From: Nitrospinales bacterium
GTDB lineage: Bacteria; Nitrospinota; Nitrospinia; Nitrospinales; VA-1
Assembly: GCA_965223795.1 (NCBI GenBank)
Contig: CBDCXL010000002.1
Span: forward strand, 384,001 to 448,000
Direction of reading: 5' to 3'
Length of the DNA stretch: 64,000 bases
Shown here: positions 9,178 through 20,582 of the stretch, one piece after another
How the letters are laid out: each line of letters begins with the position of its first letter
How positions within the stretch are numbered: position 1 is the stretch's first letter
Program-made: the position numbers and the translations under genes
The notes under the pieces: generated by a model
Told to the model about the DNA's origin: nothing
Databases searched by the model: none
The model's input: only the letters and a program-made list of their open reading frames with translations

Positions 9178-10565
9178 GCATCGACACGCACGCCCATCTG
9201 GACATGGACGCCTTCGACGAAGACCGGCAGGCGGTGATCGAGCGCGCCCGCGAACAGGGGGTGGATTACATCCTCAACATCGGCTGCGACGTGGAAAGCA
9301 GCGTGCGCTCGCTGGAGCTGGCCGAGCGCCACGCCTTCATCTACGCCACGGCGGGGGTGCATCCGCACGACGTCAAGGAAATCAACGGCACCACCTACGA
9401 CGACCTTAGGCGGCTTCTGGCGCATCCCAAGATGGTCGCGGTGGGTGAGATCGGGCTGGATTTTTTCAAGAACTATTCGCCACAGGATCTGCAGCGGGAG
9501 CACCTGCGCAGGCAGATGCAGCTGGCGAAGGAGCTGGACAAGCCCATCATCGTGCACTGCCGCGACGCCAAGGAGGACATGATCGCCATCATGTCCGAGT
9601 TCTACCCGATGAACGACAAGGCCCGTTCGGGCATCTTCCATTGCTTTTCGGGCGATCAGGAACTGGCGGAAGCGGCGCTGGCGCGCGGCTTCTACATTTC
9701 GTTTTCCGGATCGGTGACGTTCAAGAAATCCGGCGAGTTGCGCGAGGTGGCGAAGATCATCCCCGCCGACCGCCTGTTCGCGGAAACCGACTGCCCCTAC
9801 CTCGCCCCGGTGCCCAAGCGCGGCAAGCGCAACGAGCCGGCGTACGTGAATTTCACCACCGAGCACCTGGCGGAGGTCCGCGGCCTGCGGGTGGAGGACG
9901 TGCAGCGCACGATGGAACTCAACTTTTTCGAGCTGTTCGGTATCGGCAAAAACGCCCCGATGGGCACGGTGTCGTACCAGATCCGCAACTCGCTGTACCT
10001 CAACCTGACGACGCGGTGCACCAACGATTGCGTGTTCTGCACGCGGCTCACCCGGCCGGTGGTGCAGGGCTACAACCTCAAGCTCGACCGCGAACCGTCC
10101 GCAGAGGAAGTGTGGGCGGCGATCGACGACCCGAAGAACTACGAGGAAGTGGTGTTCTGCGGTTACGGCGAACCGACGCTCAGGCTGGATGTCATCAAGG
10201 AAGTGGCGAAAAAGATCAAGGACGCCGGCGGCCGGGTGCGGCTCAACACCAACGGCCACGGCAACGTCATCAACAAGCGCAACATCCTGCCGGAACTGGC
10301 CGGGCTGGTGGACGAGGTGTCGGTGAGCCTCAACACCGATACGGGTGAAACCTACGATGAAGTCTGCAAGCCGCTGCCGGGTCTCCGCAACGGCATCTAC
10401 GAGAAGATCAAGGAGTTCATCGAAGAGGCCAAGAAGCATATCCCGAAAGTGCAGGCCACGATCGTGACCCAGCAGGACGGCGTGGACGAAGCCGTCTGCG
10501 AAGACATCGTCAAAAAAGAGTTCGGCGTGGACTACCGCGCCCGGCGCTACAATATGGTCGGATGA
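9174..10565 (+). CDS. tatD: TatD family nuclease fused to a C-terminal radical SAM domain
   Basis: IDTHAH, GEIGLD, ETDCPYLAP (TatD), then CTNDCVFC (CxxxCxxC) and CGYGEPT (radical SAM) in one frame. Confidence 0.9.
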   Translation: MSIDTHAHLDMDAFDEDRQAVIERAREQGVDYILNIGCDVESSVRSLELAERHAFIYATAGVHPHDVKEINGTTYDDLRRLLAHPKMVAVGEIGLDFFKNYSPQDLQREHLRRQMQLAKELDKPIIVHCRDAKEDMIAIMSEFYPMNDKARSGIFHCFSGDQELAEAALARGFYISFSGSVTFKKSGELREVAKIIPADRLFAETDCPYLAPVPKRGKRNEPAYVNFTTEHLAEVRGLRVEDVQRTMELNFFELFGIGKNAPMGTVSYQIRNSLYLNLTTRCTNDCVFCTRLTRPVVQGYNLKLDREPSAEEVWAAIDDPKNYEEVVFCGYGEPTLRLDVIKEVAKKIKDAGGRVRLNTNGHGNVINKRNILPELAGLVDEVSVSLNTDTGETYDEVCKPLPGLRNGIYEKIKEFIEEAKKHIPKVQATIVTQQDGVDEAVCEDIVKKEFGVDYRARRYNMVG

Positions 10566-10600
10566 GCGTTCCCGGAGCGGAGTCCCCGCAAGGAGGTTCC

Positions 10601-11038
10601 ATGAATCCCGACGCAGAGCCCCTCACCCCGGTTCCCAAGGCGCGCGGCATCGGCTGGGTCTCGCTCGGCGCGATCTTCGGCGGGCTGAGCGTGATGCTCG
10701 GGGCCTTCGGCGCGCATTCCCTCAAGGACCGCCTCACCGAAACCAAGCTCGCCACCTTCCACACCGCCACCGACTACCTGGCTTACCACGCGGTCGCTCT
10801 CGTTCTGGTGGGTGTGCTTTCCCTCCTGCTGGGAGACCGCGGACACCGGGCGCTGAAAAAAGTCGGCCTGTTCTTCACCCTGGGCATCCTGCTTTTTTCC
10901 GGCAGCCTGTACGCCCTCGCCTTCGACGGACCGCGCTTCTTCGGTCCCGTCACCCCCTTCGGCGGCCTCTGCTTCATGATCGGCTGGTTCACCCTCGCCG
11001 TCACCCTCGCCAAAAATTTCCGCTCCAAGCGGGATTAG
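10601..11038 (+). CDS. DUF423 (YgdD/TMEM256) membrane protein
   Basis: LGAFGAHSLK, LFSGSLY, GPVTPFGG motifs; AGGAGG RBS before ATG 10601. Confidence 0.9.
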   Translation: MNPDAEPLTPVPKARGIGWVSLGAIFGGLSVMLGAFGAHSLKDRLTETKLATFHTATDYLAYHAVALVLVGVLSLLLGDRGHRALKKVGLFFTLGILLFSGSLYALAFDGPRFFGPVTPFGGLCFMIGWFTLAVTLAKNFRSKRD

Positions 11039-11166
11039 ACCCGGCTCGCAGGACTCTGCGAAAGACCTGAAAGAAAAAACTGAGACAGGATTGACGGGAT
11101 AAAGGCGGGATTCTCTTTAAACTTTAATAAAGCTCAATTCTCGCGCAAAGACGCCAAGACGCAAAG

Positions 11167-11255
11167 CCCCCCTCACCTCAGTCCTCAAGCCACCTTCAGT
11201 GTTTTTGATAAGCGGGTGCCAAGCTTCGCTTGGCCTCCCTCCAGGGGAGAGGAGA
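11167..11255. repeat. REP-like element (family B) with one internal hairpin cassette
   Basis: CCCCTCACC...CCTC arm and TCCCTCCAGGGGAGAGG arm shared with 51930-52117; the right arm also occurs inverted at 22005-22025. Confidence 0.8.
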
Positions 11256-11279
11256 CTTAAACCAAAAAAGGAATTTCCC

Positions 11280-12104
11280 TCACCTTCTGAAATTGATCTT
11301 CCCACCCCACTTTCTATACGCGAAATAGAGCGCGACGGACATGAGGCTGAGCACGATCAGGTGCGGCGCGAGGTAGGCGGCGCTGAGGACAGGCTTGAAG
11401 TTCAGTTCTCCCTTCACTTCGCCGGTGTAGTGCTTGAGCATCTCGGCGTACTCGATCATCAGGTGCACGGGGTAGTTGACCTGGGCGCTGGCGACGGTGC
11501 GTTCCACCGGCACTTCGAACAGCTTCTGCTGGCCGCCGCGCAGGGTGAAGCCGACCATGCCCTTGAAGGTCTCGGCGATCAGGCCTGGCGGCAACAGCAG
11601 CATCAGCCGCACGTTCTTGAGCGCCGGGGACTGGTTTTCGATCCAGATCTTGAGCCGGGTCTCGCCGCTTTCCTGCACGGTTTCTATCCTGCCCGCCACC
11701 TCGGATTCGACCGCTTCACGGTAATAGAACGAATCGGTGTGGAGCCGGTTCACCGGCGATTTGCTGTCCGGCGCATTGCGGTACTGCACCATCGCCACCA
11801 GCGGGTAGCGGCCAACGCGCAGCACCGGAGGGTGGTCGGAATTTTTAAGCGTGATCTGCTGGCCGGGGTCCAGTTTGCTGAGCATGGGCAGCATGGCCAT
11901 GGTGTGGTGAAAGTGGATCATCGGGTGCACTTTGTACAGCGTTTTGCCGCTGCGGTTTTCCAGGGTGAGAAACACGTGCACGGTGCCGTCTTCGGCGACC
12001 TGGCTTTCGGTCGCTATGTGCAGCGGCCGGTTTTCGGCCGCTGCCGGTTTGGCCGCGGCGGCGCAGACGAGCAGGCAGCTCACCCCTAAAGCGAGGAATT
12101 TCAT
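11280..12104 (-). CDS. hypothetical exported protein with C-terminal membrane anchor
   Basis: Signal-peptide-like N-terminus, beta-rich body, C-terminal TM followed by basic residues; RBS upstream. Confidence 0.75.
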   Translation of the reverse strand: MKFLALGVSCLLVCAAAAKPAAAENRPLHIATESQVAEDGTVHVFLTLENRSGKTLYKVHPMIHFHHTMAMLPMLSKLDPGQQITLKNSDHPPVLRVGRYPLVAMVQYRNAPDSKSPVNRLHTDSFYYREAVESEVAGRIETVQESGETRLKIWIENQSPALKNVRLMLLLPPGLIAETFKGMVGFTLRGGQQKLFEVPVERTVASAQVNYPVHLMIEYAEMLKHYTGEVKGELNFKPVLSAAYLAPHLIVLSLMSVALYFAYRKWGGKINFRR

Positions 12105-12218
12105 GGCATTTCATCCTCCCAATGCGGATTTCCTGGCGCCCCTTATTTTAGCATGGAAAAAATAAAACCTGCTATGATGGTAGCGTTCATTCCGGAACCA
12201 TTCTAAAGGAGAGGGCTT

Positions 12219-12980
12219 ATGGAAGGTCTATTGACATTGTTGATTCTTCTGGGCGTTCTGCTCTTCAGCGCCTTCAAGATCCTGCGCGAGTACGAGAGGG
12301 GCGTGATCTTTCTTCTGGGTAAATTCTGGAAAGTGAAGGGGCCGGGCCTCATCCTCGTCATCCCTTTCCTGCAGAAAATGGTGAAGGTGAGCCTCAGGAC
12401 GGTGGTCATGGACGTTCCGCCTCAGGACATCATCACCAGCGACAACGTGACGGTGAAGGTGAACGCGGTGGTGTATTTTAGGGTGATCGATCCCCGGAGC
12501 GCCATCATCGAAGTGGAGGACTATCTGTACGCCACCTCGCAGCTGTCGCAGACGACGCTGCGCAGCATTCTGGGACAGAGCCAGCTCGACGATCTGCTGT
12601 CGCGCCGGGATGAAATCAACGTCCATCTGCAAAAAGTGATCGACGAGCAGACCGAGCCCTGGGGCGTCAAGGTCGCCAATGTGGAGGTGAAAAACGTCGA
12701 CCTGCCGCAGGAGATGCAGCGGGCGCTCGCCAAGCAGGCGGAAGCGGAGCGGGAACGGCGCGCCAAGGTGATCAACGCGCAGGGCGAATACGAAGCGGCG
12801 GAGAAGATCAGCGAAGCGGCGGACCGCATCGGCGCGCATCCGCCGGCGCTGCAGCTCAGGTTCCTGCAGACGATGCTGGACATGTCCACCGAGCGCAGCA
12901 CGATGACGTTCGTGCCGATACCGATGGACCTGTTCGACCAGTTTAAAAAGAAAGACAACAAGGGCGACGCGAACGCCTGA
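12219..12980 (+). CDS. SPFH/band-7 stomatin-like (slipin) protein
   Basis: [41 protein letters not shown]. Confidence 0.95.
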   Translation: MEGLLTLLILLGVLLFSAFKILREYERGVIFLLGKFWKVKGPGLILVIPFLQKMVKVSLRTVVMDVPPQDIITSDNVTVKVNAVVYFRVIDPRSAIIEVEDYLYATSQLSQTTLRSILGQSQLDDLLSRRDEINVHLQKVIDEQTEPWGVKVANVEVKNVDLPQEMQRALAKQAEAERERRAKVINAQGEYEAAEKISEAADRIGAHPPALQLRFLQTMLDMSTERSTMTFVPIPMDLFDQFKKKDNKGDANA

Positions 12981-13157
12981 CGCCGGTTCGGGACTGAATT
13001 CGGGCTGTGCCACTCCACAGTCCGGGTGAAACGGCCCGCGGGGCTTTGTAACTCCTTACTTTCAGGATCTCTACGGCGATGCCCCGGCACCCGGCGAGGG
13101 TGTTGGGATTTGGTTTTGAATGTACTACAATGAGAGTGTCGTTTTCCGAGCCGCTTG

Positions 13158-16100
13158 ATGGAATCCTACTCTGCAATCGAAAATTTTCTCCGGCGGATCC
13201 AGCAGATCCGGTCGGGGAATCTCGCCCTCAAGGGGGTTTACTGCCTGCTTGCGGTGACGGGCGGGGTCTATCTGGCTGGCAATCTGCTCGCCTATTTCAA
13301 CGTCCCTCATCTGGAGACGTTCAAGCTGCCGCTTTTGATCCTGGCGGCGGCCGCCATCGGGTTCACGTTATACCGGACGTTTTTTAAAGCCGCGTACGCG
13401 TTTTTCTCGCTGGACGACGCGGCGCTGCTCACGGAAGCGAAGCATCCGGGCCTCAACAACGCGCTCATCAACGCCTCGCAGCTTCTCCGCCAGCTCTCGG
13501 ACCCGATGCGCGAGGCGCAGGTTTCCTTTCCGCTGATCCAGGAGCAGCTTCGGCGCACGCAGGGGCTGATCGAGAAGATCAAACCCGAATCGGTGGTGGA
13601 CGATGCGGACAGCGAGAAAAGCCGCAACGTGTTTTTCGGAACCGCGCTGGCTCTGCTGCTGGCGGTTTTTGTGCTGCCGAATTTTCTTTCCCGGGGATAC
13701 CAAAACTGGATGACGCCGCCCGTTCCCCAGACCGCGGCGGTGCCGGAGGTTGTGGAAAAAACCCGGGAACCCGCCAAAGCGGAGGCGGTGGTCCCAAAGG
13801 TTCAGGATCTGCGCCTCACCTATCACTATCCCGCCTACTCCCGCAAGCAACGAAAAGTGATCGATCCGGCGGACGGCAGCGTCTTCGTGCTGCCGGGGAC
13901 CGAGGTGCAGGTGGAGGCGACGGCGGTGCCTAAGGTGGCGGGGGCGGAACTGGTGCTGAACGGCAGGGATCATTTCACCATGCAGGTGCAGGATGCGGGC
14001 CGGCTCAAGTCGCAGGTGCTGATCAAGGAACCGGGGTTCTACCAGTTTCAGGTCAAGGACGCCTCCGGCGAACGCCACCTGCTCGCCAAAAAATATGAAA
14101 TCTCCCTGGAAAAGGACGGTCCGCCCAGTGTCACGCTGTTCATCGCCAATCCCAAGCCGGTGTACTACGCCAACTCCAAGGTGGAGCTGTTCTATGAGGT
14201 GCAGGACGATTACGGCATTGAGGAAATCGAACTGGTCGCCATCATCAACGGCAACCCCGCCGCCATCCCGGTCAAGCGGCTGAAGGACGGGGAAACATCG
14301 GTCAAGGGCAGCTATTCCTGGAACCTGGGAACGCTGGAATTCGGGCCGGGCGACGAGGTGCAGTATTACCTGGAATCGAAGGACAACGACAACGTGCTCG
14401 GTCCCAACGTGGGCCAGTCGGAAACCTTCAGCTTCACGATCTTCGACTCGCGCAAGGAGCGGGAGGATCTGATCCTGCTGCAGGAGGAACTGACGGAAAA
14501 ACTCATCGCCCAGCTGGCGGTGAGCCTGGTGGCCGGCAGCGATTTCGTCAAGGGTGCGCCCAAGGACGCGATGCACTGGAAAAACCATTTCGTGGGCAGC
14601 GCCGACGCGCTCATTGAGATCATCGGGCTGGCCCAGAGGATCGAGGAGCGGGCCAAGACGCTGGAATATTTTCCGCGGCCGTATTTCGATTTTCTCAAAA
14701 ACGTCATTTCCGGGCTCACCCGCATCCGCGATCAGCAGATCGTCATGATCAACCAGATTCAAAACACGGTGATGAAGACCACGCCCGTGGGGTACAGCGT
14801 GTTCGCGGTGGAGACGCTCAACGACAGGCTGGTCTCGCATCTGGAAACGGACGTGCTGTTCCTGATCCGCATGACCAACCGGCAGAAGCTGGATCAGGTG
14901 ATGGATCTGGAAAACCAGCTCAACGAGCTGACCCAGTCGCTGAGCGAGGAATTCGAAAAGCTCCGCGACAAGCAGGCGCCGAAGATGCCGGCGGAGATCA
15001 AGGCGAAGGTCGAGCAGATCAAGCAGACCATGCAGAAGATCATGGAACAGCTGGCGCGCCAGACGCAGGCGATGCCGGACGAGTTTCTCAACGCCAATGC
15101 GTTCGAGAGCCTGAACCTCGAGCAGTTCTCCGCCTCGCTGGACCGCATCATGGACCTTGCGAACCGGGGCAAAATGGACGAGGCGCTGGAAGAGCTGCAA
15201 AAGACCATGGAAGACCTGCAGACCCTCGCCAACCAGCTCGATCAGGCGCGCTCGGACATGGACGAGCTGGTGGACATGGAGCTGATGCAGAAGCTGGAAG
15301 ACGCGATGCAGGAGATCCTGCGGCTTGAGGAAGAGCAGAAAAAACTGTTGGAGCAGACCACGGACATCAACCAGAAACTGCGCGAAGCGCAGACGCAGAA
15401 CTTTGAGAGCGCGCTCAAAAACCTGTTCGAGGAACTCAAAAAAGACATCCAGGCCATCCAGTCGATCTTCAACGAAGACGACGCCTACCTGAACAACCAC
15501 CCCACCATGCAGGCGCTGAGCCGGCTGATGGATCAGGAAATGAGCGTGAGCCAGAAGATCCAGGAGTTGAGCCAGAAAACGGTCGATTCCAGCCTCGATG
15601 AGGATCTGGACAAAAACTTCAAGGCGCTGAATCAGCAGCGGCGGGAACTCTCCCGGCTGACGTCGGAGATGGACGCGCTCAGGGTGGACGTGTTCCAGAA
15701 GTTCCAGACGGCGCTGCCCGAGCTGCAGGGCAAATATCAGGCGCTCGATGAGATGGCGGACCTGTTCGATCTGAACGAATTCAACAATCTGTTCAAGAGC
15801 ACCTATCCGGAGGTGTTTCAGTGGCAGAACTCCATCCGCACCATCCCCAACCAGCGCGTGGATTTGCAGGACAGGCTGAGCCAGGATCTCAAGGAAGTGA
15901 CCCGGCTCAACAGCGAGATCTCCAAGAAACTGGGTTCGCTGATGCGCATGATCCGCGACAGCGACCAGTCGCTGCTGTCGGAAAAGGACAAACAGGAGCT
16001 GGAAAAAATGGCGGGCCAGGAAAAGGAAATGCAGCAGTCGGCGGACCGGCTGTCGCAGCAGTTCGGCCAGATCAACCGCGAAAACCCCATGATCACGCCG

Positions 16101-16499
16101 GAGCTTTCCGCCAAGATGGCGCGCACGGGACGCTACATGCAGCAGGCGGAAACGAACCTCGGCAAGCACCACGTGCAGCGCAGCATCGAGGCGGAAAACC
16201 GGGCTCTCAGGGAACTGGGCGAGGCCCGCGAGATGCTGCAGGAGATCAAGGAATCGAACCGGCAGATGTCGCAGCGCTCCGCCCGCTCCACGCCGCTCAA
16301 ATTCGGCACCGGCCGGGCGCGCGACCCCAGGCGCGGCGGATCGGCGCGCATGCAGAAGGAAAAAGTCAACCTGCCTTCGGAGGATCAGTACCGGGTGCCG
16401 AGCGAGTTCCGCGATGAAATCCTCAAGGCCATGAAGAAGAACACGCCGAAAAGTTACGAACGGCTGGTGATGGAATACTACAAGGAGCTGGTGAAATGA
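13158..16499 (+). CDS. large membrane-anchored coiled-coil protein, DUF4175-like
   Basis: N-terminal TMs, Ig-like segment (DDYGI...YYLESKDND), long heptad region, C-terminal VPSEFRDEILKAMK...YYKELVK. Confidence 0.75.
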   Translation: MESYSAIENFLRRIQQIRSGNLALKGVYCLLAVTGGVYLAGNLLAYFNVPHLETFKLPLLILAAAAIGFTLYRTFFKAAYAFFSLDDAALLTEAKHPGLNNALINASQLLRQLSDPMREAQVSFPLIQEQLRRTQGLIEKIKPESVVDDADSEKSRNVFFGTALALLLAVFVLPNFLSRGYQNWMTPPVPQTAAVPEVVEKTREPAKAEAVVPKVQDLRLTYHYPAYSRKQRKVIDPADGSVFVLPGTEVQVEATAVPKVAGAELVLNGRDHFTMQVQDAGRLKSQVLIKEPGFYQFQVKDASGERHLLAKKYEISLEKDGPPSVTLFIANPKPVYYANSKVELFYEVQDDYGIEEIELVAIINGNPAAIPVKRLKDGETSVKGSYSWNLGTLEFGPGDEVQYYLESKDNDNVLGPNVGQSETFSFTIFDSRKEREDLILLQEELTEKLIAQLAVSLVAGSDFVKGAPKDAMHWKNHFVGSADALIEIIGLAQRIEERAKTLEYFPRPYFDFLKNVISGLTRIRDQQIVMINQIQNTVMKTTPVGYSVFAVETLNDRLVSHLETDVLFLIRMTNRQKLDQVMDLENQLNELTQSLSEEFEKLRDKQAPKMPAEIKAKVEQIKQTMQKIMEQLARQTQAMPDEFLNANAFESLNLEQFSASLDRIMDLANRGKMDEALEELQKTMEDLQTLANQLDQARSDMDELVDMELMQKLEDAMQEILRLEEEQKKLLEQTTDINQKLREAQTQNFESALKNLFEELKKDIQAIQSIFNEDDAYLNNHPTMQALSRLMDQEMSVSQKIQELSQKTVDSSLDEDLDKNFKALNQQRRELSRLTSEMDALRVDVFQKFQTALPELQGKYQALDEMADLFDLNEFNNLFKSTYPEVFQWQNSIRTIPNQRVDLQDRLSQDLKEVTRLNSEISKKLGSLMRMIRDSDQSLLSEKDKQELEKMAGQEKEMQQSADRLSQQFGQINRENPMITPELSAKMARTGRYMQQAETNLGKHHVQRSIEAENRALRELGEAREMLQEIKESNRQMSQRSARSTPLKFGTGRARDPRRGGSARMQKEKVNLPSEDQYRVPSEFRDEILKAMKKNTPKSYERLVMEYYKELVK

Positions 16500-18064
16500 C
16501 GCGGTCCGCGCAGGCACTCACGACCGGGCTGTTGCTCGCCGTCCTCATCGCCGCCGTACCGCTGGCGCGGGCGGCCGAGGTCACGCCGGAAGCGATCTAC
16601 GAAGGCCACCGGCTGGTCGAGGACTGGCGCATCCAGGAAGCGGACGCGTACGCGCAGAAGCTCATGAAAGCCAATCCCAAATCCGGCGACGTGCATTTTC
16701 TGCAGGCGCGGGTGGAGTTTTTCAAGGGCAATTACGATTACGCCTGGAAGCTGCTCAAGCGGGTGGACAGCACCCGCGATGTGGTGCGCGAGTTCAAGTC
16801 GCTGGTGAACGAAACGCGCCAGGCGGCGCAGCCGTTCGTGACGCGGGAGTCGGAGCATTTCATCTTCAAGTTCGTCAAGGGTCCGGATGAAATCCTGGTG
16901 CATTACGCCGAGGAAGCGCTGGAGGCGTCGTACCAGGTTCTCGGTGAACTGCTGGATTATTATCCCGAGGAAAAAGTACGGGTCGAGATCTACCCGGACC
17001 GGGAGCCGCTGTCGCAGGTGTCGCCTCTGACGCGCAAGGACATCATCACCTCGGGCACCGTCGCGCTGTGCAAGTACAACCGGCTGATGCTGATCTCCCC
17101 GGCGTCTCTGGTGCGCGGCTACAACTGGCTGGACACGCTGAGCCACGAATACATCCATTATCTTCTGACCAAGAAAAGCCGCAACAACCTGCCGCTGTGG
17201 ATGCACGAGGGCATCGCCAAATACTTCGAGAACCGCTGGCGCAAGGGCAGGGATTTTCTCACCCCGCTCATGGAAACGGTGCTGGGGACCGGCCTCAAGA
17301 ACGATTACCTCATTTCACTGGACAGCATGATGCCTTCGCTCGCCAAGCTCAAGACGCAGGAGGACGTGCAGCTGGCCTACGCGGAAGTGGCCTCGATGAT
17401 CGACTTTCTGGTCGAGCTGCGCGGACAGGAAACCCTGCCGCTTCTGCTTTCCGACCTGGCGGCGGGACAGGAATTCGAATCTTCGCTGCAGCACAGACTG
17501 GGCATGGACCTGGATACGTTTCAGACGCAGTGGAAAGAGTCCGTTCGGGCCAAGAAGCTCAAAACCATTCCGGGATTGAAGACACTGGAGAAACGCTTCA
17601 AGAAAGCCCGCGGCATGGATGAGGATAAGAAGGCGTACCGCGAGGTGGGCAAAAGCCGTTCGCAGGACCTCACCTTCCTGGGGGATATCCTGAAATCCCG
17701 CAACGAGTTCAAGGCGGCGATCGTGGAATACGAAAAGGCCTTCAAGGAATCGGAAGAGCGTTCGCCGATCCTGTACAACAAACTGGCCGGGACCTATATG
17801 ATCCTCAAGGACAACGAGCGGGCGGAATCCTACCTGAAAACCACGCTGGAGCATTACCCGGATTTTCACACGACTCTGGTCAATCTGGCCGAACTGTACT
17901 TCACCACCGGCCAGCACAAAAAGGCGCTGACTTATTTTCAGCGGGCCGTGCGTATCAATCCGTTCAATCCGTTCGTGCATATCCGGCTGATCGACCTGTA
18001 CGAAGCGCTCGACATGCCGGAGGAGAAAAAACTGCAGGAGAGCCTGTACAAATTCATCGAGTGA
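16496..18064 (+). CDS. exported TPR protein with zinc peptidase (MA-clan-like) domain
   Basis: Signal peptide, HEYIH plus downstream WMHEGIA, TPR repeats at both ends. Confidence 0.8.
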   Translation: MTRSAQALTTGLLLAVLIAAVPLARAAEVTPEAIYEGHRLVEDWRIQEADAYAQKLMKANPKSGDVHFLQARVEFFKGNYDYAWKLLKRVDSTRDVVREFKSLVNETRQAAQPFVTRESEHFIFKFVKGPDEILVHYAEEALEASYQVLGELLDYYPEEKVRVEIYPDREPLSQVSPLTRKDIITSGTVALCKYNRLMLISPASLVRGYNWLDTLSHEYIHYLLTKKSRNNLPLWMHEGIAKYFENRWRKGRDFLTPLMETVLGTGLKNDYLISLDSMMPSLAKLKTQEDVQLAYAEVASMIDFLVELRGQETLPLLLSDLAAGQEFESSLQHRLGMDLDTFQTQWKESVRAKKLKTIPGLKTLEKRFKKARGMDEDKKAYREVGKSRSQDLTFLGDILKSRNEFKAAIVEYEKAFKESEERSPILYNKLAGTYMILKDNERAESYLKTTLEHYPDFHTTLVNLAELYFTTGQHKKALTYFQRAVRINPFNPFVHIRLIDLYEALDMPEEKKLQESLYKFIE

Positions 18065-18107
18065 GCGGGACGGGCGCCATTCAAAATCAACCGACAGGAA
18101 CGTTTTC

Positions 18108-19094
<987 letters not shown>

Positions 19095-19158
19095 GAGGGC
19101 GGCTCACCGCAAAAAGACCTCACCCTAAACCGCGAACAAGGCGGCACTCCATGAATAC

Positions 19159-19464
19159 ATGAAGAATATTCAGGTTATCGACGGAGCGGAAAACTGCACC
19201 TATGACTTATTTGCCATCGATGATGCGGATTTTGATTTGATTTTTCCTGAAGGCAGGGACATCGAATTCATAGACGATTTTATCGACAGAGTTGGAGAAG
19301 AAAAAGCGGGTAAAATAATGGAGAAAGTCTGGAAAAACTGGATGGACAAAAAGAACGCTCATGGAATTCATGGAACGATTTTCTATGAACTCGAATACAA
19401 AAAGAAATATTATCCCAACAAAAATGAAAGAGATATTTTTGTGAATTATCGGAAAGACGACTGA
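19159..19464 (+). CDS. AT-rich hypothetical protein
   Basis: 101-aa ORF with A/T-ending codons, in clear contrast to the flanking GC-rich genes. Confidence 0.7.
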   Translation: MKNIQVIDGAENCTYDLFAIDDADFDLIFPEGRDIEFIDDFIDRVGEEKAGKIMEKVWKNWMDKKNAHGIHGTIFYELEYKKKYYPNKNERDIFVNYRKDD

Positions 19465-19640
19465 GATCAAAAACCATCTCTCCAACCTACCGAAACGCAG
19501 CAAATATAGGTTTTGAAAATACAATTGCATTCAAATTCGCTCTCCGCCTATTTTTTGCGACGCAATCGCCACATTGCGTTGACCCGCTCTTGACATATCC
19601 CGACTACACTGAACGATGAGCCGCTTCAGGCTGAATCGGG

Positions 19641-20147
19641 ATGGTTCAGGAAAAGCGTCCGTTGTCCCACCCACAAGGCCGGGGTTTGAGCGTGATCCAG
19701 AAAGCCCAGGAAAACGAGTTCCAGCAAGCGCAGCCGGGCGCACCGGTTGACCAGGACGGTGTCATCCTGTTCGACGGCGTGTGCAACCTGTGCAACGGCT
19801 GGGTCCACTTCGTGATCGACCGCGATCCGGACAAACACTTCCGCTTCGCGGCGCTGCAATCGGAGGCGGGCCGGCGCGTATTGCGCCAAGCCGGACTTGC
19901 GGAAGACTTCCTCGACAGCATCGTGCTCATCGACAACGGCACACCCTACCTTTATTCCACCTCCATCCTGAAAACCCTGAAGCGCCTCAAAAAACCGTGG
20001 CCGCTTTTGTCCCTGTTCTCCCTCGTGCCTCAAGGGCTCAGGGACCGGGTGTACCGCTGGGTCGCGGCGAGACGGTATGCCCGTTTCGGCAAGCTGGATT
20101 CCTGCCGGATGCCGACGCCGGACCTGGAATCCCGTTTTCTCAAGTGA
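19641..20147 (+). CDS. DCC family thiol-disulfide oxidoreductase (DUF393)
   Basis: FDGVCNLC motif, FRFAALQS, RDRVYRWVAARRYARFG; true start may be GTG 19692. Confidence 0.92.
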   Translation: MVQEKRPLSHPQGRGLSVIQKAQENEFQQAQPGAPVDQDGVILFDGVCNLCNGWVHFVIDRDPDKHFRFAALQSEAGRRVLRQAGLAEDFLDSIVLIDNGTPYLYSTSILKTLKRLKKPWPLLSLFSLVPQGLRDRVYRWVAARRYARFGKLDSCRMPTPDLESRFLK

Positions 20148-20231
20148 CGGTGAAGCCCGTATAGATAGTAATGCCGCTCTCCGGCCGGACGGGCGCAATC
20201 GAACCTGCATGGATGGAATGCTGTGGATCGC

Positions 20232-20582
20232 ATGGGAAGCAGACTGAAAATCGGGATCGCGGCGGGACTGCTGCTGTTTCAGCTCGGCATGATCGGCTAC
20301 GCCCGCTTTGTGCCGGAGCGGTTTTTCTGCTGGGCGCCGTTCGACTCGCAGAGCCGGTATGCCATCCAGGTGGTGATGCCGGACCGGGCGCTCACAGCCG
20401 ATGAAATCGAGGCGCGCTACCGCATCCCGCAACAGGGATCGGACAACCGCGCCATCGCGCACATCATAAAAATCGTTCAGCAGTACGAGGAAACCTACGG
20501 CGCGGCCGATCGCGCCGCGGTGAAACTCAGCTACACCGTCAACGGCAGAAAGGAGCGGGCATGGCACTGGCGCGCACATTGA
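20232..20582 (+). CDS. small membrane-anchored hypothetical protein
   Basis: N-terminal TM then FCWAPFD motif; host-like codon usage; overlaps the next gene. Confidence 0.7.
   Translation: MGSRLKIGIAAGLLLFQLGMIGYARFVPERFFCWAPFDSQSRYAIQVVMPDRALTADEIEARYRIPQQGSDNRAIAHIIKIVQQYEETYGAADRAAVKLSYTVNGRKERAWHWRAH

Noticed and set aside
13368..16517. 1049-aa minus-strand ORF
   Set aside because: Codon mirror of the coiled-coil gene; L/H/Q/V-rich composition typical of shadow frames.
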